A stretch of DNA of 35,345 bases, taken from positions 1 to 35,345 of the forward strand of contig JAPEUG010000158.1 in NCBI GenBank assembly GCA_026025795.1. The letters run 5' to 3'. Below the pieces are notes generated by a model. The model saw only the letters and a list, made by a program, of their open reading frames with translations. It did not search any database and was not told the DNA's origin. The stretch comes from Thelocarpon superellum. Its lineage: Eukaryota. The position numbers were made by a program, and so were the translations under genes. Shown piece after piece: positions 1 to 9,769 of the stretch (position 1 is its first letter; every line of letters begins with the position of its first letter).

Positions 1-98
1 GATCCATGGAAGTCGCTCAATCTAGCATAGCTCAGATGACTAGCATACTGCAGGGACAAATGATACTGAGCACGTGTGTAGCGCGAGAAACGAATGAG

Positions 99-121
99 CT
101 GAGAGAGAGAGAGAGAGAGAG
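99..121. repeat. (GA)n microsatellite
   Basis: Uninterrupted gagagaga run at about 101-121. Confidence 0.9.
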
Positions 122-154
122 GGAGAGCAAAGATGATTATCCGCATCACGGAAG

Positions 155-360
155 TTGCCACTGGCCAAGACGCTACCAAATCAGTTAGCAGTAACGGGCC
201 ACGGAGCTTGAGGATTAGGCTGCTAGCGAACTCGTAACCGCGACTGGCAACGAATCAAGCGAGGAGACGGTGGCCAGGAGCTCCATCAAGATCAACCATC
301 AACGATCAATACGCTTGACCCAGTCTCAACCCTGCCATTTCAATCCAGGACGGTGGCCAG
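155..360 (+). promoter_or_regulatory. Cluster of Rpn4/PACE-like motifs in the proteasome gene promoter
   Basis: TTGCCAC (about 156-162), GGAGCT (203-208), CTGGCAAC (244-251), GGAGCTCC (277-284) and GACGGTGGCCAG twice (266-277, 349-360), all within 280 bp of the ATG at 435. Confidence 0.45.
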
Positions 361-434
361 ACTCCTCGAAGCTCGACACCCCGCTGCTGCTACTGCTGCC
401 GCCGCCGTCGCTGCTGGTGCTGCTCGTCGCCACG

Positions 435-1465
435 ATGTCTGGTGAGTGATGGATGGGCCGCTCCTGATCAGCCGTAGCGCATTCACCGTCTACCATGCTG
501 ATGCACGCGACCATAGGCAGCGCGGGATATGATCGACACATCACCATCTTCTCCGACCAAGGACGCTTATATCAAGTCGGTATGTGCTGCACAGTATGTT
601 GTGGTGTTTGCCGGGCTAGGCAGAAAGGTGTCAGACTGTTCTGACGCGCTGGGACTGCAGAATATGCCTTCAAGGCCATCACGGCCGCGAACATCACCTC
701 GGTCGGTGTGCGAGGGAAGGACTGTGCCGTCGTCCTGTCGCAGAAGAAGGTGCCGGTGGGTGATACCCGTGGCATGTGGGATGAGCCGTCGTGGTCGGCG
801 CTGAGATGGTCTAGGATAAACTCATCGATCCCTCCTCCGTCTCACACATCTTCAAGCTCTCCCCCTCCGTGGGCTGCGTCATGACGGGCTCCATCGCCGA
901 TGCGCGCGCTTCGGTCAGTCGTGCGCGGGGTGAGGCGGCGGAATTCCGATACAAGTACGGCTATGAGATGCCGTGCGACGTGCTGGCCAAGCGATTGGCG
1001 AACATCAATCAGGTCTACACGCAACGCGTACGTGACGGCTTGGAACAGAACGCCCGCGGCTTGCTGACGCGCATGCAGGCATACATGCGTCCGTTGGGCG
1101 TGGCCACGACGCTGATCTCGGTGGATTCGGAGATGGGCCCTCAGCTGTACAAATGCGATCCAGCCGGCTACTACGTCGGATACAAAGCCACGGCGTCCGG
1201 CCCCAAGCAACAGGAGGCCCTGAATCACTTGGAGAAGAAGCTCAAGAACAAGGAGAGCGCTGATGGAAGCTGGGAGGATGTGGTGGAGCTGGGCATCGCG
1301 ACGCTGAGCACCGTGCTGAGCGTCGACTTCAAGAAAGGCGAATTGGAGGTCGGCATCGTCGGTGGACCTGCGGCTGACGGCTCGGGAGCGCGGGATCCTG
1401 CCTTCAAGTCCCTGACGGAGGATCAGATCGAGGAGCGGCTTCAGGCCATCAGCGAGAAGGATTAG
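435..1465 (+). CDS. SCL1: 20S proteasome subunit alpha type-1 (PSMA6/Scl1 family), 5 exons
   Basis: Exons 435-441, 517-579, 661-755, 815-1027, 1079-1465 with GT-AG introns give [30 protein letters not shown]...[14 protein letters not shown]...[13 protein letters not shown]...[18 protein letters not shown]...RLQAISEKD, the alpha-1 signature. Confidence 0.97.
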
Positions 1466-3457
1466 CCAGCCTGGACCGTGCGTCATCACCGCTATCCACC
1501 ATCACCGCCATCACCCTCCCCGACGCGATCCGTCTCTCGGTCATCTCCGTTTTGCATCTCGGGCGAGTTGAAGCGTAGCCGTCCTTCCAGGTCGAGTCCA
1601 GCTACCGCCATCGGCTGTTCCTGTAGCCATAGCTCCTTGTCAAACGTAATAGGCATCGCGCTCGGCAGAACCTGGTGGCTTGGCATCCGACCATTCCCAC
1701 ACGGACACAGCCTGGGATGGGGGGGGTGGGAGGGCAGGCGGCGTGGGAATGACGAGGCGATGGGACCGGTACCTGTCTCACGGATCCCGACCCGAGGGAG
1801 TGTAGCCGGTCGAGTACTTGTACCTCTGCGTCTTAGAGCGCGATAATGGGTAAGTTTCAGAGGGTCCGCAAGAGCTTCAGCTGCGGGAACTACAACAGAG
1901 ATGTCGGGAAAAAATGCCTCCTGCCGTGTTGTTGCTCCTTGGTTCGCGACGATTCCTTCAGCTGCCGTGACTAGACTCGATGGGTCACAAGAGTTCAGCC
2001 ACACCGTCACGCCGGCGACCGCGGGGACGGTGACAGCGAGAGGGGAGGCCTGCCAAGAGCATGCAGTGGAGATTTGCGCGCAAGAGTCATCGACCGCGCT
2101 TAAGCGCGATGCGGTATCGTTGTGGCGCTCCGCTGGCTCAGCCTCAGCAGCTAGGAGCTGGAGCGAGGAGAGAGTTTCAGGGCGCGGGAGGGAGGACGAA
2201 GAGGGGGGCTCGGTGCGCGGCGGACGCGGTCAAGCGACCAATTGACTCTGGCAGACCGTCAGGTCCACGCCAACCTAGATCAGCCACGGTGCTGAAGAGC
2301 GTCGGGGGATGTAGGTACCGCCGCACGCATGCAACGGCAGAGGGCCAGTCGTGACGGCAACGCACGGTGGACGCACGGCTTGGGCCAGGCTCGGGCATGG
2401 CAGGGTGGAGGGACACGACCAAAGCCCGCCACCATCACCCCAACCCCGACCCTCCGCCGAGACCACGACCAGGGGGCTCGCGGACGGCTCTCTCTTCACC
2501 GCTGCTGCCTCCGGTGCAGCAGCAAAACGTCATGCCCCGCCGTCCCTCGTCCGAGACCCCTCCCCCTCCCTTGCCCCTCTCCCATCGCCAAGCCATGCCA
2601 ATGGCAGCAAAGAAGCTTCCTGCCTGGTCCCAATGGCTCCCTGGGTCTCCCCGGGAGCAACCTCTTTCCCCCCTCCCTCCTCGGGTCATGCGCAAGGCTG
2701 ATCCGCGCGAGCGAGCCCATCAGCACGGTGTGGCGTTCGCCTGGGCGTTTGGCCGGGCGCCCGCCGGGCGTGCCGCGGGCGTTCGGGCCAGAAGCCTCTT
2801 CTTACGTGACCAGGCTGGGAGCTTTTGCCGGTGCCTGGTCCGGCCACGGTGAGGGCTCGAGCTCGGCCGTGGTTTCTCTGCGTCGGTGCGTCGTCGTGTT
2901 GCGTCTATTTCGGAGGATGGGTGCATATGTCGGATGTCGTGCGTTTGAGCCACGCCCACGTCCACCGCACGCCCACGCTCTCATTCCCATCCACACCCAC
3001 CACCACGCCCTCCCACGCGCACACGCACACGCTCACGCCCACGCGCTGCTGTTGGTACCGGTGCGCGTGCTGTGCCTACGATTGCCCTTACAGTTACTCT
3101 CTGCTCAGCCCACCATGTAGCCGAGCGGGGCCAGCCAGCCATCAACCTCCAGCCAAGGGCGTCATCGTCAGTGTGTCGCTCAGTCGCTCAGCCAAGCACC
3201 GGACGCCAGACGAGCGTGAGGTGAAGGTGGAGGAGGGGCAGGACGATGATAAAGAGCCGCCAGTCGTATGCATGTCATTTTGACTTGACCCGCCCAGCGG
3301 ATGCCGTCATCGACCCATCAGTCTCCTCATTCGTTTCGAGGTTGCGTCTCCGGCGTTGTGCGTCGATTTGTGCGTGTCGTGCCCGTGACCGTACCTGTGC
3401 CCGTATCTTACCCGTGCCCACCTCTGCGTGCGTCGTGTGATTCGCAGGTCGGATCCA

Positions 3458-4255
3458 ATGGCCGACGGATGTACGTGTCGTTTCTGTTGCAACCAGCATG
3501 GCCATCCCGCTAGAATCCACACTGAACTGGCGTGTGTCTCCTCGCAGTGAACGAACAACGGGCGATCCGGATTGCGGAGATCATGGAGGACTATCGCACC
3601 CTGCAGCGTCAGATTGTGCAGATCCAAACTGATCCCAGCAATGTAGAGGACTATTACGAGCAAGGATATGTCGTGCTGCGACAGTGCGTGCTGGACGCGC
3701 AGACGCTGTTGGCCGCTCACTTTGATCCCACGCCGCCGGCGACGCCGGACTCGAACGACGAGCAGGAGAGGACCCAATTACAGCGGTGGGGCCCAATCAA
3801 TCCGTTGTCCGCATCTTCCTGCGTAGTCTGGTGGCTGACAGGTACCACGACAGTGTCCTCCTCGACGCCGGCACACGACGATTCCAAGCGCAGAAGATCT
3901 ACCAACAAGCCACGGCGGCCGAGCGGTGGGCACATTACCGGGAGGGCATACTGCAGGGAGCCCGACCACAGGCGGCTCATGCAGCAGCGCTGCAGGCCAC
4001 AACACACCATCTACGAGCGGTGGGTGATCCATCTCGTGCTGGTCAAGATGTGGCATCAGCGGCCAACAGACGCACGGGCCATGAGCGGAATTTGGCAAAG
4101 GAGGCTTATGCGCGTTGGGGTGACAGGAACTCTCCCTCATCACCGACGAAAGCGTGTACGGGCAACTGAGTCGGCGGGATCGACAAGCAGGCCGCTGGAC
4201 GGCCGAGGATCCTTCGCTACAACTCATTCGGCAATGGTCTACCTTTTTGCATTGA
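3458..4255 (+). CDS. Conserved-looking hypothetical fungal protein (helical), 4 exons
   Basis: Exons 3458-3470, 3548-3785, 3854-4019, 4127-4255 join in frame across GT..AG introns: [24 protein letters not shown]...[12 protein letters not shown]...[19 protein letters not shown]...[11 protein letters not shown]...[22 protein letters not shown] possible extra upstream exon starts at ATG 3246. Confidence 0.8.
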
Positions 4256-4321
4256 CGTCCTGGAAGATATGGGACTGGGAATCCGTTCGCGAGGTTGACG
4301 CCGTGAGGTGGTGGTTGATGC

Positions 4322-4380
4322 ATGGATGGGTGGATGGATGGGTGGATGGATGGATGGGTGGATGGATGGATGGATGGATG
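4322..4380. repeat. (TGGA/TGGG)n tetranucleotide microsatellite
   Basis: atggatgggtggatggatgggtggatggatggatggg... imperfect array between convergent genes. Confidence 0.9.
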
Positions 4381-4728
4381 ATTGAACGAAGCGAGAGACA
4401 GAGAGAAGAGAAGAGTGGGAAGGAGATGCGTGACCCATTAATCGCCCCATTCCACCTTGCCCACACCCCAGCCTCGCTCTTATTCCGTCTCACCTTGTCT
4501 CGGCTCATCGCATCCCAGCACGGCGTGATTGCTACACGAGGTAATAAGGAAGACGAAGGGAAAGAAGGGGGAAAACTGAAACGATGCGAGGTGATGCGAG
4601 GAGACGCGAGGGGATCTCCTGTGATTTGCTTCTTACGTTTCACCATATTGTTATTCAGTCTTAATTTTGTCAATGCGTTCCATTCCTATTGATTCATCTA
4701 TTTACCGCCTTACCACCTACCTACCTAC

Positions 4729-5310
4729 CTACGTCTTTACACCAATACCTGCACCCGCTACACTGCTGCTCGGCGCAGACGCACTCTTCTCTCTCTCCTT
4801 CTCCCTCTCCCTCTCCCGATCTTTCCTAGTCTTGCGCCGGACAGGCTCGTAGACGTCATTAAAGTTCATGACGACGCCGAGGAAGCGCATGTCCACGTCG
4901 GGCTGGTACGCCAGATCGCCCAGGAGGATGTTGACCCGTGCGCGGAAATCGACGGCTAGGGTCTTCAGACGCGCCGAGAGCGTCGGTTGCGTAGCGTCTC
5001 CGCCCATCCCGGCTCTTGCTCCTGCTCCTGCTCCTGCTCCTCCTGCCCCTAGGAGCCCCCCCGAGGACGAGGAGGTGCGCTGAGTGTGCGCAGGCCGGTC
5101 GGTCGCCGGAGAGCGTAGGTCGTCCTCGTCCGCCTCCGTCATCCCCCATTTGCCCTGCGCCGTGCGCGCCTCGATCTTGGCGCTGAACTCATGTCGGCGC
5201 GTGTACTCCGCCACGGAGAAAGAGTACAGCCCGTCCACGGCGTCCTTGTAGGCCAGCATCACTTTCAGAATCTCGTGCAGCTGGCCCAGGAAGGAGTCTT
5301 CCTTGTTCGT

Positions 5311-5342
<32 letters not shown>

Positions 5343-7731
5343 GCGTCGACGCGGATCCGAGGAGTCCCTTGTGCGTGATGGCTTTCAGGTAGCGCGCGTG
5401 TGCGTCGATGAGATCGTCCAGCGTGCTGTCCGGCTTGGAAATCGCTGCCTGCAGCTCGTCCCAGCTCGACTCAATCACCTCGAACAAGATGTAGTACTGC
5501 AGCTGGCACACGAAGTGGATCATCTCCGCGATGCAGCACCGCGCCATCTTCCAGTCCTTGCCGACTTTGTCCGCCACGCTGGCCAGCACGCCCCGTGCCC
5601 CAGTCATGCAGCGTCGCCATGTGCTGCCCAGTGCGAACTCGACCCGCTTGACTCGCCACAGGAAGTTGAAGACTTTCAGATATTCGCGACTGCCTTCCGC
5701 CGTCACGATGACGTCGATGGGCGCGTCGATTTTGTACTCCAGCGTGAAGATCTCCCAGCCGATCTCGCCGTGGCCCTGCATGAGCATGCGTGCGTCGAGT
5801 CGTCGGAGTACGTCGGGGGAGTCGTACTGCGCGTTGGAGCCGCGGATCGCGTGCTCGAGCTGCGCCGTGAGACTGTGGCGGAAGAGGGTGTTGGCCGGTC
5901 GGTCGAGACTAGACGAGAGACTCTCCATCAAGAGTGCGATGAAGTCGCCTTGGCCCAACAAGAGATACTTCTTCAGCGCGGTCAGGTGGTCGAACAGCTT
6001 GAACTTGTCCGCCATCAGATGCATCAGTCGTGCCATGGTCGTTTTGTACGCCACGTCGATCGAGGCTTCCAGGTTCGCCGTGTCGCCATATCGGAGCTCC
6101 TTGGACGCGTCTTTCGAGTACTCCTCCACCCATGTCGAATCACCACATCCGTATCGAATGAAGTTCAGGCTCTTGCCGATCAAAAACACCTTTTTCGCAA
6201 AGTCTTTGGTCATGATGCTCGGGATCATGTCGTCGTCCAGTCTGTATTTGTCGTCCCACACGCTCGTCGCACCACCCCTTCTTCGCCCATCGGCCTTGGT
6301 CTCGTCCACGGCGTCCGGATCGACTTCCGAGACAAAGAACTCGTGATGCGGATCCGACAGCTCGCCATCGTAGATCCATTGTCGCAACATGTTGTAAAAT
6401 GGCTTCGTCACGTGGGAAAGCATACGCTCGGCGAAGACGCCGACAAAAGGGTCACCATGGGAAGACGAGAAGCCATGGATCAATGAGATCAGCTGCCCTC
6501 CTTTTTTGCCTGGAGATGATCAGTAATGCCATCTCCACGACGCTGGGTCAGCCTACTTGTGGACTCCTTCACCATCATGCTCATCAACCGTAATCCCATG
6601 GTCGCATCTCGCGTCCACACGACGCATCGACGCAGAGTAACGCCCGTCTTGCCGATTCCATGCCGAGGCTCCGTCTCATCAAGCATGGCCAGCGCTCGTC
6701 GGATCTCTCCTTCCAAGGTGGCCACAAGGCCCAAATATGAACGAAGTTCGCTACCGACGGCGGCACGCAGACTCTGCCCGATCAAGTTACCGTCCGCTGT
6801 CTGGACAAAGGCCGACAGGCTTCGATACAGCAAAGAAGGCTCGGCAAGAGCGTGGAGGAGGGAGACCATGGGCGGAGGGAGGGTAGATGGGAGGGTCAAG
6901 GCGTCGGCTGAGGAAAAGGTAAGATTGGTTGAAGCTAGGCCTTGCAACGTGAACGGTAGATCTCGAAGGAGGGCCGGCTCCGTCGGTTCGAAGGGAGCAA
7001 AGTTCTGGGCTAAGAGGGTCGTCTTATTGCCGATCCTGGGAGGCTCTTCGCTCCCCGCCCTTTGATTACCTTCCAATTCGCCATCGGCATGGAGTCGGTC
7101 TCGTTGGCCCCCTTCTCGAACGGGTAGTCGAGGGAGGCCCTGGTTGGAGAAGGCGTCGGATAACGCCGTCCCTGGCTCTCCACCCGGCCGTGCAGGCTCC
7201 ATTTCCCGGGAGGACGAGAGACTTCTCTGGTCAAGTGAAGGCGATGCAGCAACGGGAGGAAGGTAGAGATCGTATTGTTGGGTTGGCTTGGCGTCAGCCA
7301 GTTGGTAGAGGAAGTAGAGGATGGCCCATTTCTGGGAGAGGACGGGTTGGGTCAGAAGGCGAGAGTAGAGGTTCGAGAATCGGAGGGCTTTTTCCGGCGA
7401 GGTACTGTCACGGATCACTATCACCAATCAACTCAGATCCTCTTGCTTCTCCACTGTCGTGCCCTACATTTCTTCTTGATCAGGTCGGATGCATGATTGA
7501 CGTCGGACGAGAGGGCCGATGCTCCGGACCTATACCATGATTAGTTGGTTGGACTTTCCAATGGACGGAGACGCGTTACCCGTCGAGAATGTCTTTTGCA
7601 ATCTGGAGACCATGCTCTCGAATCTCGGCGTCGATGGCGTTGCCATCTCCCCGGTCGGGTAGGGATGGGAGGATGGCGTCGACCAATGACGATAAAGCGG
7701 CCTCGATGCGTGCGGACGAGTCGCGAGACAT
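4729..7731 (-). CDS. SPC98: Gamma-tubulin complex component GCP3 (Spc98/Alp6), 4 exons
   Basis: ATG at 7731 (MSRDSSARIEAALSSL...). Introns near 7579-7530, 7468-7418 and 6556-6510. GRIP-domain motifs QWIYDGELSDPHHEFF, KKVFLIGKSLNFIR, HLTALKKYLLLGQGDFI, YLKVFNFLWRVKRVE, YYILFEVIESSW, MRFLGVVMNFN. Confidence 0.93.
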
Positions 7732-8462
7732 CACTGCTGTTGGATGCACATTTCGACCCTAGCCGCATCTGTTGAAGGCATGATCCGCGGGCTGGAGGCA
7801 TGCGTCGTGAATGAAGATAATGAAGTCGCAATGTTGACGCGCTTCCAGCTACCGATTCTGTAGCACACCTGCATGAGTCGCGCGTGGGGTTCCCTCAAGG
7901 AGGTCTCTTAACTAATCTTAGTGGGGTTACGCCAATGTCTTCACCAGCGACAGCGGTTGGAGGAAGCGAGTGGCGGCGGCGTCCAGCTGGAGCTGGGGGC
8001 TGAAACGTCATACAGACCGGTCGACGCCACCGAGAGACCATCTGATCGGGTGTTTCGTAAATCGCTGCCTGGCTGGTTGAGTTGGAACGGCTGAGATGTG
8101 GTCAATCAACTAATAAGATTCGAAGCAGGCGCCGCTGTGAATGTAGTCGTGTATGCCAGATGCTCTCTTGAGTTCAAGGTCACGAAGTCTTTGCAGCACC
8201 ACATGTGCATGCAACTGATACCAAAGCTCAACGCCGTGGCACGAGAGCGGGCTTGCCTTCTTCTCATCACCTTTCGGACCCGATGAAGGCGAGTACAGAA
8301 GATTGGCCTGGTCACGACGTGACCGATTTCTTCAGAAACTACAATCATCTCAACTGTTTATATAGAATAGTTGCACCGTTCTTCGCGGCATAGCCACGAC
8401 GCTTCTGCCGAGATATCCAGATCATGACTAGACCATATCTACCACGAGCGCTTTGAGCGCCT

Positions 8463-9042
8463 CTAATCCGCGTCGATGAGTCCGACAAACCAAAGGGCCG
8501 AAGCACTGGTCGAGACACCCCCTGATGTCGTGTCGCGACTACTGGTTGGTGAGGTGGCGTTTAGGAGCGGCTCGTCCGCCACGCTGCTGCAATTGTGGAT
8601 CGATTGTGCGAAACTGGATTGGAAGACATGTTGAGACGCCTGATCAACCGACGGAGCGACACCATGCTTACCCGTAACTCAAGTCCTCATCAGAGAGCGC
8701 GTGGATGGTTGTCCTGACTTGGAAGAACACAGAGCAATTTCCCTCGCTGCTGGAAATTTTGAAGCCTGGTAGGAGTGGGAGAAAAAGGCCCTCATTTATC
8801 CGCCAATAATCGATGATGGTCGTGGCGGCACCAACGCAGTCTTGCGTCAGGCAAACGCCAGTCAAGCACTTCAACAGAAGCGGGCTCGAGGTGTTGTAGG
8901 CTGTGGGCTGGATCGTGGACGGCAGATCTTCGGGCGATGCGCCTTCACCATCACCGAGGCTTGAGGGAGCCATGGCAGCTTGGGGGAGACACTGCACGGC
9001 TGAAAGCGCGACCATACATGAAGCAATCCTTACGGCCCGCAT
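8463..9042 (-). CDS. Small secreted cysteine-containing protein (about 173 aa), candidate effector, 2 exons
   Basis: Signal-peptide-like MRAVRIASCMVALSAVQC|LP. A 58-nt intron 8671-8614 (GTAAGC..CCAG) extends the ORF in frame to ...YGFAQSIHNCSS...SGGVSTSASALWFVGLIDAD*. Five Cys after the signal peptide and several N-x-S/T sites. Confidence 0.65.
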
Positions 9043-9769
9043 GGTCGTCGTGGGCGGACTGTACCGTAGAAAGTAGCTTTCGGAGATAGAGCGGTTCTTT
9101 CATTCATGCGTGGGCGACTGGTGCAACGCGTCAGGGCTGGTCAATGGCAACGGCGGCCGATCACAAGAGCTTTCAATGGCGTCGATGACGGGTGTCGTTG
9201 CATGCAGGACCACGATCTGCTCCCGTCCACGGCATGGACACGAGAGAAATCCGTGGAAGTGCAAATCGCACTGTGGAGGATTGCCCAGGTCACGTCCAGA
9301 AGAGTACTACATCGACGCCGCGTATGTGTAGGAAAGAGGGCATAGTCGGGCAAAAGCACGCATGGGGGGATGCAGTAAACGAGGAGTGGGGGGGCACCAT
9401 TACGTGGATGGCTGCGTCGGCTTGCAGACCCGATGGGAGATCTCCAAACCCGATCACCTTCCGAATCAAGGCTGACATGAAGGGGTGACCCGACGATGAC
9501 AGCATACAGGCCATATGGAGAAGCGAAGCAGCAGAAGCATCGTGTAATTCTTCGCTGGCCGTCTTGGAGGCCTCGCGTATCAGCGATGCTCCGCCGAGGC
9601 GAGCAACATCACGGGATTCTACACGTGACACAATCATAGCTCGCGAAAGGTTTGGGTCAGGTCAAGTACAACTTCGACAGGAACGAAGAGGTACGCCAGC
9701 TTGCTTGGCCGATGGTCATTGCGGAGTCATCGCAACAGTTATCGTCCAAGCAGTGTCCAATGAGAGCGA

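Noticed and set aside
2329..3120. 263-aa ORF with a His-Ala-rich tail resembling a metal-binding peptide
   Set aside because: The HAHA tract derives from CACG/CACA low-complexity repeats, and the rest is Arg/Pro-rich GC noise
3532..4692. 386-aa ORF with a WMDG repeat
   Set aside because: Only 3548-3785 is a real exon; the rest reads through introns and the (TGGA)n microsatellite
5191..6486. 431-aa plus-strand ORF, and similar long antisense ORFs over SCL1, the RasGAP gene and NOT3
   Set aside because: These mirror real genes on the opposite strand; they are expected from GC-rich codon usage and show no protein motifs
7837..7885. MCB-like ACGCG words upstream of SPC98
   Set aside because: Plausible for a cell-cycle gene, but CGCG words are very common in this GC-rich window and there is no exact ACGCGT pair
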